Shown piece by piece: positions 30,302-39,852 of a DNA stretch of 58,284 nt. Under the pieces are notes generated by a model. The model had not been told where the DNA came from. It saw nothing but the letters and a program-made list of their open reading frames with translations, and ran no database searches. How positions within the stretch are numbered: the first letter of the stretch is position 1; each line of letters opens with the position of its first letter. A program made the position numbers and the translations under genes. Where the stretch lies: assembly GCA_053919585.1 (NCBI GenBank), contig JBSSHM010000318.1. One strand, 5' to 3'. This DNA comes from Euprymna scolopes. Its lineage: Eukaryota.

Positions 30302-30348
30302 AAAAATTAACAAAAAGAACTCAATAAAGGGTTTTATGCAAAGGTCTC
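30302..30348 (+). mobile_element. IS5-family (IS1106-like) terminal remnant, copy 1
   Basis: Ends TTTATGCAAAGGTCTC, whose reverse complement GAGACCTTTGCATAAA resembles the IS1106-type IR; a degenerate direct copy lies at 31085-31130. Confidence 0.55.
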
Positions 30349-30639
30349 CATCTACTGAACAAGAGGTTACAATTGACGCTTCATGGCTTGATGAAGTAAC
30401 CTGTGACTTGGCACAAAATATTGGTGATGTTAAAATTGCTAAATCTAACTAACCTTATTATTGAAGTGCTTGACAACCCAAGGTATAGTTACCCTTCTGG
30501 AAGTGGTGTAATCGGAAAATTGACAGGTGTTTGTTTCACATACAGAGTTAAAGATAGGAATGGAAAGTATTTCATTGAGTGGGATTGTGGTGCTAATTTA
30601 TCAACAGACACAATAGAGGCAAAATGGAAAATTGTCTAG
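30349..30639 (+). pseudogene. 5'-truncated, frameshifted cassette ORF remnant of unknown function
   Basis: Open frame starts right at the IS end (PSTEQEVTIDASWLDEV...), shifts into LIIEVLDNPRY...KWKIV, and its stop abuts the attC. Confidence 0.45.
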
Positions 30640-30688
30640 TCTAACAAGGCACTCCAGCGGACTGCCCAACTGAGTTTAAACGTTACGA
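30639..30688 (+). mobile_element. Integron attC-like recombination site (shortened)
   Basis: R'' GTCTAAC, 5 nt, L'' ACTC(C)AG with an extra base, 12-nt centre, L' CTGAGT, 6 nt, R' GTTACGA. Confidence 0.65.
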
Positions 30689-30699
30689 GTAAAAAGCAT

Positions 30700-30942
30700 A
30701 TGGAAGAATTACTTAAACAAATTGAAAGCTTAGTAGATTCAGGTAGCTACCTTATCAGTCTCTATGTTGCTCTAGCAATTCTTGATATAAAGATCTTTTG
30801 TACTGACGTTGTTGCATCTGCAAGAGTTTGGTTACAAAGCGTTAAAGACAATCGTAATTTCATCAATAACTATGAGTATTTTATGAAACGCCATGAAAAT
30901 GGTGTTCCTTCGTATATTGTTGGAATACCAGTCATTGGATAA
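30700..30942 (+). CDS. Short cassette-type hypothetical ORF, probably internally deleted
   Basis: ATG 11 nt after the attC core site; 80 aa; abrupt ALAILDI/KIFC junction. Confidence 0.45.
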   Translation: MEELLKQIESLVDSGSYLISLYVALAILDIKIFCTDVVASARVWLQSVKDNRNFINNYEYFMKRHENGVPSYIVGIPVIG

Positions 30943-31084
30943 AACATCATAATATGTTTCAAAGCTAAAATCAGGAGTAAAGTAAAAGGGCAATTGTGAG
31001 AAATATGGAATTTTGTGAAGTAACATAATAAATACAACACTCCAAATTGAGCCAAATTGGGTTAACCTCTTTAAGGTTCAAACA

Positions 31085-31130
31085 AAAAATTAGCGACAAG
31101 AATTCAAAAAAGGTTTTGTGTAAAAGTCTC
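31085..31130 (+). mobile_element. IS5-family terminal remnant, copy 2 (degenerate)
   Basis: AAAAATTAGCGACAAGAATTCAAAAAAGGTTTTGTGTAAAAGTCTC aligns with 30302-30348 at roughly 80% identity by eye. Confidence 0.5.
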
Positions 31131-31212
31131 CTTCAATATCAGCAATAAAAGTAGTAAATGGGTGCTTGAAGGCGAGAGTAAGGTAAGCATTGTTTACCTC
31201 TATAGCATTATT

Positions 31213-32154
31213 TTATAACCATTCTCTTGGTTTGAGGTAGTCATTGAGTCTGCCTTCAGGAGAGTTAGAATCAGGTTGATAGTTGTATTGCCAGCTAGCA
31301 TGTTTGGGCATAGACATGAGAATAGACTCGGTACGCCCACCAGATTGTAAACCAAATACGGTCCCTCGATCATAGAGTAAATTAAACTCTACATAACGTC
31401 CTCTTCGGTAAAGTTGGAAATCTTTTTGTTGTTGAGTAAAGGGTTTTTGGTAATGTTTTTTCACAATAGAAAAATAACTTTCTAAAAATGTATTGCCAAC
31501 TTGTTGGATAAAGTTGAATGCCTGATCAAATTCCCAACCACATTCAGTATTTAAATCATCAAAAAATAATCCACCGACACCTCGGGTTTCATCACGATGT
31601 TTAAGATAGAAATAATCATCACACTGTTTTTTAAAGTCAGGATAAACATGCTCTCCATAGGGTTGACAACATTTTTGAGCTTGTTGATGCCAATAGATGA
31701 TATCTTCGTCTATAGGATAGTAAGGAGTGAGGTCAAAACCACCACCAAACCACCATACATTTTTATTTAAGTCATCAGGGTTATCATTGGTTTGAACAGT
31801 AAATAGACGAACATTAGCATGTGCAGTGGGTACAAGAGGGTTGTATGGATGCATCACAATGGAAACTCCCATTGCTTGGAATGGTTTGCCGGCAAGTTCT
31901 GAGCGAATAATAGAGGCTGAGGGTGGAAGAGAGTTACCTTTTACATGTGAGAAATTTGCACCACCACGTTCAATAACTTCGCCTTCTATTAATGAAGAAA
32001 TACCGTTACCATTAAGTTTTTCATGGTTGCCCTTTTTCCATTTGTCGATGATAACGCATTCAGGGTTATCAATGCTAGCAAATGTATTGATAAAATTACT
32101 TTGAAAGTTAAGCAAGTAATTTTTAATATTTTCAATGCAGGGTGTGGTCATCAT
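31213..32154 (-). CDS. hemF: Oxygen-dependent coproporphyrinogen III oxidase
   Basis: HP.NP.VPTAHANVR, WFGGGFDLTP, RGVGGLFFDD, RRGRYVEFNL. Confidence 0.97.
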   Translation of the reverse strand: MMTTPCIENIKNYLLNFQSNFINTFASIDNPECVIIDKWKKGNHEKLNGNGISSLIEGEVIERGGANFSHVKGNSLPPSASIIRSELAGKPFQAMGVSIVMHPYNPLVPTAHANVRLFTVQTNDNPDDLNKNVWWFGGGFDLTPYYPIDEDIIYWHQQAQKCCQPYGEHVYPDFKKQCDDYFYLKHRDETRGVGGLFFDDLNTECGWEFDQAFNFIQQVGNTFLESYFSIVKKHYQKPFTQQQKDFQLYRRGRYVEFNLLYDRGTVFGLQSGGRTESILMSMPKHASWQYNYQPDSNSPEGRLNDYLKPREWL

Positions 32155-32225
32155 ATTTTTAGATACAAGTTAAAATTATAAAGCTGTCATTATAATTTTA
32201 AGGTGTAAAAAGCAGACATAAACTG

Positions 32226-33557
32226 ATGAAAAAAATTGATATTGCTATTGTTGGTGCTGGAGTGAGTGGTACTGCATTGTATTATGCGTTAAGTAAATAT
32301 GTGAAGAATATCTCTTTATTATTGCTTGATAAACGATCAGAAATTGCTGCAGGAAACTCTCGGGCAACGAATAATTCACAGACTTTACATGCAGGAGAGA
32401 TTGAAACAAATTATGATTATCAAAAAGCATTAAAGCTACGTGCAGGAGCATTATCGTTGCGTCAGTATTGCATGTCCTTGCCAAATCGAGAAGAGGTTAT
32501 TCATAGCATGCCAAAAATGGTGCTTGCTGTAGGTGATGAGGAGATTAATCATTTACAAGAACGTTATAAAGAGTTTAAGGAGGGTTTTCCTCGCTTACAA
32601 TGGTTAGAATGGGAGGATATTCGCAAAATTGAGCCACAGGTCGCTCATAAAGATGGTTATCGACGCCCTGATGTCATTGCTGCAATGGGATACAAAGAAA
32701 GTTATAGTGCTATCAATTATGGGCTTTTGGCAAAATCATTTGTCAGTCAATCTAAGTTATTGCAGGAAAAAAATGGTATTGATAGTGAGATTTTTTTGAA
32801 TGCTCGTTTAATTGATATAAAGAAAAATCAAGAGGGCTACACTTTACTGATTAAGCGTTATGGCTTAATAGAAAAAATGCATTGTAAGTTTTTAGTCACT
32901 GCCTCAGGTGCCTATAGTTTATACATGGCACATAAACTTGGTTTAGCAGAAGATTATTCATTGCTTTCTGCTGGAGGGAATTTTTATTTTTCTTCATTAG
33001 CCTTGCGTGGAAAGGTGTATACTATTCAGCAAAAAGGATTGCCTTTTGCTGCTGTACATGGTGATGCTGATATTACTCAGGATAGGCGTACACGGTTTGG
33101 ACCAACCTTGTTACCGCTTCCAAAAATGGAGCGTTATATTGATGGAGGTTATCGTGATTATTTACAATGTGTAAAAATTAAATCAAAGTTCCCAAGCACA
33201 ATGTTTTCTTTATTAGGCAATCCGATTATTAGACGCTATGCGTTATATGATATGCCTTTTGGCAAGAATTTATTTGTTAGGCAAGTGAGAAAAATCATAC
33301 CGGATATGCGTTTAAAGCATTTAACTTTTGCTAAAGGATTTGGTGGTTCTCGCCCATTATTAGTTAATCATGTTAAAGGAAAATTAGTTTTTGGTGAAAC
33401 AAAAATTACACAAGATTCAGCTATTTTTAATGTTGCTCCTGCAACTGGAGCATCAACATGTTTAAATGTAGCAATGAATGATTTAAAGTATATTGTTCAA
33501 GCATTAGATTTATCTTATGATGATAGTTTTGAACATGAGAATTTGGCTTTGGCATAA
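32226..33557 (+). CDS. FAD-dependent oxidoreductase, malate:quinone oxidoreductase-like (Helicobacter/Campylobacter type)
   Basis: GAGVSG, NNSQTLHAGEIETNY, KVYT.Q...LPFAAVHGD, RFGPT, GFGG.RP, PATGASTCL. Confidence 0.7.
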   Translation: MKKIDIAIVGAGVSGTALYYALSKYVKNISLLLLDKRSEIAAGNSRATNNSQTLHAGEIETNYDYQKALKLRAGALSLRQYCMSLPNREEVIHSMPKMVLAVGDEEINHLQERYKEFKEGFPRLQWLEWEDIRKIEPQVAHKDGYRRPDVIAAMGYKESYSAINYGLLAKSFVSQSKLLQEKNGIDSEIFLNARLIDIKKNQEGYTLLIKRYGLIEKMHCKFLVTASGAYSLYMAHKLGLAEDYSLLSAGGNFYFSSLALRGKVYTIQQKGLPFAAVHGDADITQDRRTRFGPTLLPLPKMERYIDGGYRDYLQCVKIKSKFPSTMFSLLGNPIIRRYALYDMPFGKNLFVRQVRKIIPDMRLKHLTFAKGFGGSRPLLVNHVKGKLVFGETKITQDSAIFNVAPATGASTCLNVAMNDLKYIVQALDLSYDDSFEHENLALA

Positions 33558-33579
33558 AAAATAATAAAATCAACTTGTT

Positions 33580-34404
33580 ATGAAAAAAATAAAAGAATGG
33601 AATAATCGATTTAAAGAAGAAATTGCATGTATTAAGGATCGTGATCCAGCTTCTCCACATTCAAAAATTATTGGTACAATGCAAATTGTGCTGACTTATC
33701 CAGGGTTTCAAGCAATTATTTTCTATCGTATAGCTAATTGGTTCTGGCGTAAAGGATGGCACTTTATTGCGAGTGTTATTTCATATATCTCTCGATTTAT
33801 TACCTTAATTGAGATTCATCCTGGTGCAACCATTGGTAAACGTTTTTTTATTGATCATGGTATAGGAGTTGTTATCGGTGAGACGACAGAGATTGAGGAT
33901 GATTGCACAATTTATCAAGGGGTCACTTTAGGAGGGACTAGTTTAGTACAAGAAAAACGTCATCCAACATTATTATCTGGAGTCATTGTGGGTGCCGGTG
34001 CGAAGGTATTGGGACCTATTGTATTAGGAGAAAATTCACGTGTTGGTTCTAATTCTGTGGTATTAAAAGATGTTCCAGATGGAACAACGGTAGTGGGAAT
34101 TCCTGCTAAACCAGTTGGATTGGATAGAGTCAGCAAGAGAAAGATGGTTGATAAATTAGAGTTTGAAGCTTATGGTGTTGCTTATGATCATCCCAATCCG
34201 GAGTTTGAAGCAATTAGTCTTTTAGCAGATCGCTTGAGTAAGCTTGAAAAACAGTTTAAACAAAATTATGCTAATAATCAAGTTCAAGCGAAAAGTACGA
34301 CTAAGTCTACGACAGTTAAAAAGAAAGCCGAGACAAAGGTGGTCAGTAAAAATAAAAAGGCAGATAGTAAAACTGGTACTAAAACAACCAAAAAAGATGG
34401 GTAA
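33580..34404 (+). CDS. cysE: Serine O-acetyltransferase with a Lys/Thr-rich tail
   Basis: RDPA, IEIHPGATIG.RFFIDHG, GVTLGGT, RHPT, VGIPAK. Confidence 0.92.
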   Translation: MKKIKEWNNRFKEEIACIKDRDPASPHSKIIGTMQIVLTYPGFQAIIFYRIANWFWRKGWHFIASVISYISRFITLIEIHPGATIGKRFFIDHGIGVVIGETTEIEDDCTIYQGVTLGGTSLVQEKRHPTLLSGVIVGAGAKVLGPIVLGENSRVGSNSVVLKDVPDGTTVVGIPAKPVGLDRVSKRKMVDKLEFEAYGVAYDHPNPEFEAISLLADRLSKLEKQFKQNYANNQVQAKSTTKSTTVKKKAETKVVSKNKKADSKTGTKTTKKDG

Positions 34405-34432
34405 TTTATTAGAATAAATTTTCTACTAGTTT

Positions 34433-35041
34433 ATGGACATTGCTGTACAAAAAAAACAATTGCGGGTGGTTTTTTGTGATAAGAGGAAAGAGGTATCTAA
34501 AGCTAAACAGATTATTGACTCCATTAAGTTTAGTAGATTGGTTGAGTGTAGTTTATTGTCAGAATTAACGAATAAGCGTATAGCACTTTTTGCCTCTACT
34601 CGATCTGAGTTGAATCTATATAAGGTTGCATGTTTATTGAAAATGAGAGGCAATCAAATATTTTTACCTCTTGTTAAGAAGAAAGATTATCCTCTGGTTT
34701 TTTGCCAAGCACCTGTATCAAATTGGAGATTATTGCCAAGAAAGTATTTTAATATTCCAGAGCCAGTATGCCGAAGAGATTATTTAGCAAAACAATTAGA
34801 TGTTATTTTTACCCCATTAGTAGCTTTTGATTCATATGCCAATCGCTTGGGTATGGGAGGAGGATTTTATGATCGGACATTGGCAGCTAATATAAAGAAA
34901 AGATTTTCATCTGCACCGATAACAATAGGTGTTGGATATGATTTTCAGCGATATAATGGCAAGTTACCTACTGAGGAAACTGATTTTCGTTTGGATGCTG
35001 TGATGACTCCGTCTTATATGATTTTTGAAGGTGGAGTGTAG
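34433..35041 (+). CDS. ygfA: 5-formyltetrahydrofolate cyclo-ligase
   Basis: IPEP, PLVAFD..ANRLGMGGGFYDRTL. Confidence 0.9.
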   Translation: MDIAVQKKQLRVVFCDKRKEVSKAKQIIDSIKFSRLVECSLLSELTNKRIALFASTRSELNLYKVACLLKMRGNQIFLPLVKKKDYPLVFCQAPVSNWRLLPRKYFNIPEPVCRRDYLAKQLDVIFTPLVAFDSYANRLGMGGGFYDRTLAANIKKRFSSAPITIGVGYDFQRYNGKLPTEETDFRLDAVMTPSYMIFEGGV

Positions 35042-35296
35042 GGTGGTGAAATATTTAGGTTGCAAAATAGCAACTAATACTAAAATTTTAGGAAGTATTT
35101 TTTTATCCACTTAAAATTATCTTCCCATGTCTTATCCCTGTTGGTATTTTTTATCCCATCCACACTAACATAGTTAAAATCATCTTCAAAATATTTATTT
35201 ATGATAAATTTTGCTTTTTTAAATGATTTTTCTTATACATACTTACTCTATTTTTCAAATTTCTGAGTTTTTAGGATATTAATCGTAAACGATTAT

Positions 35297-36085
35297 TTAA
35301 GAAAACAATTGTTTTAATGCTTTGCCTGGAGAGGGTTGACTCATAAAACTTTCTCCAATCAGGAAAGAATAAATATTATTATCGTTCATCATTTTAATAT
35401 CTTCCTGAGTTTGAATTCCACTTTCAGTGATGATGATGGAGTCTTCAGGGATAAAATATTTTCCCTGAATGGTGGTTTGTAAATCAACCTCAAACGTATT
35501 TAAATTGCGATTATTAATTCCCATTAGTTTTGGAGAGAGATTATTAGCAATATCAATTTCCATCAAACTATGAGTCTCAACTAATACATCTAGCCCTAGC
35601 TCTGTTGCGCAGTGAAAGAGTTCATTCAGCTGTTGTGTACCTAGAGCAGCAACAATTAGTAAAATACAATCTGCTCCAATTGCTCGTGAATGAAAAATTT
35701 GTAGTGGATCGATGATGAAATCTTTGCGAATAATGGGTAAAGTTGTATAGGCTTGTACATCTTGTAAATCTTTTACTGTTCCTTGAAAAAAATTTTCATC
35801 GGTGAGTACAGATAGACAACAAGCTCCGGCTTCCTCATATTCTTGAGCAATTAAGGGCGCGATGTATTGTTCAACAAAAACCCCTTTGCTGGGTGAGGAC
35901 TTTTTGCACTCAGCAATGACGGCATTTTTCTTATCGTTAACTTTTTTTTCAATAGCTTGAGTGAATCCTCTACAGGGTGTCTGTTGTTCAATTAGCTCAC
36001 GTAGAGATTCAATGGAATAGGTGTGTTTGAGAAGTTGCACTTCTTTTTTTTTATGATTAATAATATTTTTTAATATCGAGTGCAT
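35297..36085 (-). CDS. trpC: Indole-3-glycerol phosphate synthase
   Basis: IAECKKSSPSKG, SVLTD.NFFQG, RKDFI, GINNRNL, ESGI. Confidence 0.97.
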   Translation of the reverse strand: MHSILKNIINHKKKEVQLLKHTYSIESLRELIEQQTPCRGFTQAIEKKVNDKKNAVIAECKKSSPSKGVFVEQYIAPLIAQEYEEAGACCLSVLTDENFFQGTVKDLQDVQAYTTLPIIRKDFIIDPLQIFHSRAIGADCILLIVAALGTQQLNELFHCATELGLDVLVETHSLMEIDIANNLSPKLMGINNRNLNTFEVDLQTTIQGKYFIPEDSIIITESGIQTQEDIKMMNDNNIYSFLIGESFMSQPSPGKALKQLFS

Positions 36086-36117
36086 AGTGTGTTTTTGTAT
36101 AAGTTAAGAGGTTAATA

Positions 36118-37143
36118 TTATTTTATAAATGATTGAGTGTAGTGAATAAATTCTTCAAATTTAGTTAGTACTTTTCCATTTTGTAAAATTTCACGTGCAT
36201 AGTTGATGCCTTCTGCATAGCTAGAAACTTTTTTCCCTACATATAAAGCAGCGGCTGAGTTTAGTATGACTATATCGCTAGCGGCTCCTTTTTCACCTGA
36301 CATTACTGTACGCATCATCAGTAAGCTTTCTTCAGCACTATTAATGATGATGTCATTCAAGTTTTCATGAGCACAAGAGTAGTCTTTTGGATCAATTACC
36401 CAAGTTGTGATAGTGTTATTTTTTAGTTCGGCTACATCAGTTTTTTCAGCAATGGATATTTCATCTAAATGATCACGAGAATGTACCACCATACTGTGGT
36501 GACTATCAAGCATTTTTAATACCTGTGCGATTTTTTCAACCCATTGTTTAGAAAACACCCCGATAACTTGATTTTCTACTCCGGCTGGATTAGTGAGGGG
36601 ACCTAGCAGATTAAATATGGTGCGAATTCCCATCTCTTTACGGGCATTAATGGCGTGGCGCATGGCACTGTGATGTTTGGGTGCAAATAAAAAACCCACT
36701 TGATGATTTTCAATACATTTTGCGACTTGTTCAGCATTAAGATCTAAATTTACTCCAGCAGCGGCAAGTACATCAGAAGATCCAGAAGCAGAGGTATTAG
36801 AGCGATTTCCGTGTTTAGCTACTGGTACACCTGCTGCGGCACAAACAAAGGCACAGCAAGTTGAGACATTGAAAGTTGATGAACCATCGCCACAACCGAC
36901 TGTGTCCACTAATTCATTTTGGTTATTAACCGTTACTTTTGTCGCTAATGCACGCATGACTTTTGTAGCAGCGACAATTTCTTCCCAACTTTCGCCCTTT
37001 GCTCTGAGTGCAACTAATAGTGAAGCAATTTGCACATCTGTTGCCTCTCCATTCATGATAGAATTCATGAGTGCAGTCATTTGTTGCTCAGTTAGGTCAT
37101 TGCCTTCTAAAATCTTGTTAAGCGTTCCTCTAAAATTTTCCAT
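36118..37143 (-). CDS. trpD: Anthranilate phosphoribosyltransferase
   Basis: FNVST, KHGNR, GSSDVL, RTIFNLLGPLTNP, LDEIS; GTGGD motif altered (see findings). Confidence 0.95.
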   Translation of the reverse strand: MENFRGTLNKILEGNDLTEQQMTALMNSIMNGEATDVQIASLLVALRAKGESWEEIVAATKVMRALATKVTVNNQNELVDTVGCGDGSSTFNVSTCCAFVCAAAGVPVAKHGNRSNTSASGSSDVLAAAGVNLDLNAEQVAKCIENHQVGFLFAPKHHSAMRHAINARKEMGIRTIFNLLGPLTNPAGVENQVIGVFSKQWVEKIAQVLKMLDSHHSMVVHSRDHLDEISIAEKTDVAELKNNTITTWVIDPKDYSCAHENLNDIIINSAEESLLMMRTVMSGEKGAASDIVILNSAAALYVGKKVSSYAEGINYAREILQNGKVLTKFEEFIHYTQSFIK

Positions 37144-37229
37144 GGTAATTATCCTTTCACGTATATAATCTTACAATTAATTATAAGATTAAAAAACATT
37201 GCAAAATAAGTAACAACTTTAACTAACTC

Positions 37230-38261
37230 ATGGCATTAAATGAAAATCTTAGTGCTCAAGTGATTGAGCCTAAAGATATTGATCGGGCAATTCGTCCTAA
37301 AGAGTTGACAGAATACATTGGACAAACTAAAGTTCGCAATCAAATGAGTATCTTTTTGCAAGCAGCAAAAGGGCGTTCAGAAGTGTTGGATCATGTATTG
37401 TTATATGGTCCGCCAGGTTTGGGGAAAACTACCCTTGCCATGATTGTGGCAAATGAAATGCAAGCAACTTTACACAGTACTTCTGGTCCTGCCTTAGAAA
37501 AGCCGGGAGATTTAGCAGCAATCATGACTCGCTTAGAACCCGGTGATGTCTTATTTATAGATGAAATACATCGTATGAGTGCGGTAATGGAAGAAGTGTT
37601 GTATCCGGCGATGGAAGATTTTCACTTAGATATTATGATTGGTGATGGTCCTGCGGCACAATCGGTGAAAATTGATGTGGCACCTTTTACACTTGTTGGT
37701 GCAACAACTCGTGCAGGCCTGCTCACGGCACCATTGCGTGATCGTTTTGGTATTATTCAGCGTTTGGAATATTACTCTTTTGATGAGTTAGCACAAATTA
37801 TTACACGTTCAGCAGGATTATTGCGTATCCCTATTGATCCTAAAGGTGCTTTGGAAATTGCCAAGCGTTCACGAGGTACTCCTAGAATTGCTAATCGATT
37901 ACTACGTCGAGTACGTGATTTTGCTGAGGTTAACAGTGACGGTATTGTGGGTCAAGAGATTGCAGATTCTTCACTTAAAATATTAGAGGTGGATAGTAAA
38001 GGTTTGGATAAATTAGACACACTTTTTATTCAAACTATTATTGAAAAGTTTCAAGGTGGTCCTGTAGGAATTGAAACGATTGCTTCTGCGATTGGCGAAG
38101 ATAAAGGTACGTTAGAAGATGTAATTGAGCCTTTTTTGATTCAGCTTGGTATGATTCAACGAACTCCTCGAGGGCGTATTGTTGCACCAATTGCTTATCA
38201 GCACTTTGGTTTATCTCCTTATCAGAAAAATTCAAAATGTGAGGAAAGTTTTCAGCAATAA
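37230..38261 (+). CDS. ruvB: Holliday junction helicase RuvB
   Basis: [40 protein letters not shown]. Confidence 0.97.
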   Translation: MALNENLSAQVIEPKDIDRAIRPKELTEYIGQTKVRNQMSIFLQAAKGRSEVLDHVLLYGPPGLGKTTLAMIVANEMQATLHSTSGPALEKPGDLAAIMTRLEPGDVLFIDEIHRMSAVMEEVLYPAMEDFHLDIMIGDGPAAQSVKIDVAPFTLVGATTRAGLLTAPLRDRFGIIQRLEYYSFDELAQIITRSAGLLRIPIDPKGALEIAKRSRGTPRIANRLLRRVRDFAEVNSDGIVGQEIADSSLKILEVDSKGLDKLDTLFIQTIIEKFQGGPVGIETIASAIGEDKGTLEDVIEPFLIQLGMIQRTPRGRIVAPIAYQHFGLSPYQKNSKCEESFQQ

Positions 38262-38297
38262 AATTTGTTGTAATTACTTTATTTTTTAGAATTTATT

Positions 38298-39203
38298 ATG
38301 TTTAAGTTTACTCGTCATATATTTTGTCTATCGTCCTTGTGCATAAGTATGTTTACATACAGTTCTTTTGCAAGTACGTTAACAAATTCTGCTTTGCCTA
38401 AATGGCAAGTGGGAGCTGGTTTATTTTATGGTTCTATACCACACTATCCAGCTTCTAATCATCGTTATCTTATCATCACGCCAACCCCTCTATTTATCTA
38501 TCGTTTTAAAAAGGTAACCTTAGAGCAAAGAGAAATTGGCATAGATATCAGTGAAACTTTTCGCCTTAATCTTACTTTTGGGTTTAGTCCACCAGTGGGG
38601 GGAAATACTCGTTCTGCAGCAGAATTTTCTAAAGAATCTGCTGACCCAAGTAAAGAGGTGTTTACTCAAGATAACTTTCATCGTAGAGGAATGGATGCTA
38701 TACCTCCACTATTAAAATTAGGTGCTCAGGTGGTGTACCATGCTCATCCACATATTGATATTTCATTGCCATTATTTTTAAATTTAGGAATTGATAAAAT
38801 AGCATATCAAGGTTATGAGGTACATCCTGAGATAGAATTTTCATTACAACCTCATGCCAAACAAAGAGAGAGGTTTAATTTAGAGAGTGCGATTGAGATA
38901 CGCTATGGAAGTCAGCATGTAAGTGATCTTTATTATCAAGTTAATCCAAAGGAAGTCATCACTGGTAGAGAGGCTTATGATGCAAAGGATGGGGAGTTGT
39001 CCCGCTTGTTTAGGCTTACGTTAACATATCGGCATCAATTTAATTATAATAATTCAATTCGATGGTTTATGGGACTTGTTCACAGTGATTATAGCCATAG
39101 TGCTAACGTGAATAGTCCTTTACATATAGTGAATGAAAGTACTGCTCTGTATATAGGATTAGGGTATTATTTTTACAGTAGTCAAAGCAAAGTTAATCAA
39201 TAA
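38298..39203 (+). CDS. MipA/OmpV-family outer-membrane protein
   Basis: Signal peptide; WQVGAG...PHYPAS, RRGM, YYQV...YDAK.G, SPL, aromatic C-terminal strand. Confidence 0.7.
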   Translation: MFKFTRHIFCLSSLCISMFTYSSFASTLTNSALPKWQVGAGLFYGSIPHYPASNHRYLIITPTPLFIYRFKKVTLEQREIGIDISETFRLNLTFGFSPPVGGNTRSAAEFSKESADPSKEVFTQDNFHRRGMDAIPPLLKLGAQVVYHAHPHIDISLPLFLNLGIDKIAYQGYEVHPEIEFSLQPHAKQRERFNLESAIEIRYGSQHVSDLYYQVNPKEVITGREAYDAKDGELSRLFRLTLTYRHQFNYNNSIRWFMGLVHSDYSHSANVNSPLHIVNESTALYIGLGYYFYSSQSKVNQ

Positions 39204-39325
39204 AAAATCAAAAGTATTGAATTAAAAAACGTATAATTGAGTTAAATTTACTAAGTTTTTTTATTTTCAAGTTAGAAAAACATTTAGAATTAATGTTTAA
39301 AGCGTAACCTTTAGGTAAGATTTAC

Positions 39326-39790
39326 ATGAGTCAGGCACAACATATTATTGAAGCTATTCTAGCTAACCTCCAAGAATCACTTGGTGTAAAAGTGCTTCCG
39401 CAGAGCGAACTATTGCAAGCACTTATTGTGATACAAAAAAAATTAGGCTATATTCCAAAAAATAGTCTCTCAGTGATTGCTAAAGTATTTAATATTTCTC
39501 GTGCGGATGTACACGGTGTGGTGACATTCTATGATGATTTGAATTTACAGGATAAGCCTCCTCCTAAAGCAAAACATGTGTTAAAAATATGTCAAGCAGA
39601 AGCATGTCAATCCATGGGGGTTCGTGAAATTATGAGGCAACTTAAACAGCGCTATCCATTGGATGGAGATAGTGTAAAAATTGAAAAAGTATATTGCTTG
39701 GGAAATTGTGCACTTGCTCCAACGGTAATTTTAGATGGTGAACCATACGGTAATATTACTTATGATCAAATTACTGATCTTATTGGATAG
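39326..39790 (+). CDS. fdsG: NAD-dependent formate dehydrogenase gamma subunit (NuoE-like)
   Basis: SRADVHGVVTFY, CQAEAC, CLGNC [2Fe-2S]. Confidence 0.88.
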   Translation: MSQAQHIIEAILANLQESLGVKVLPQSELLQALIVIQKKLGYIPKNSLSVIAKVFNISRADVHGVVTFYDDLNLQDKPPPKAKHVLKICQAEACQSMGVREIMRQLKQRYPLDGDSVKIEKVYCLGNCALAPTVILDGEPYGNITYDQITDLIG

Positions 39791-39852
39791 GATTATCAGA
39801 TATTTAAATTATTCTCTATTGTAGGGATGTGGTTACAGTTTTGTAAATAATT

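Noticed and set aside
30940-30960. Second attC after the 30700 ORF
   Set aside because: No complete R''/L''/L'/R' pairing found
34405-34432. 6S RNA upstream of ygfA
   Set aside because: Only 28 bp between cysE and ygfA
35078-35235. About 50-codon minus-strand frame (EKSFKKAKFIINKYFEDD...KYFLKF)
   Set aside because: No in-frame start or recognisable family; may be a remnant but cannot be supported
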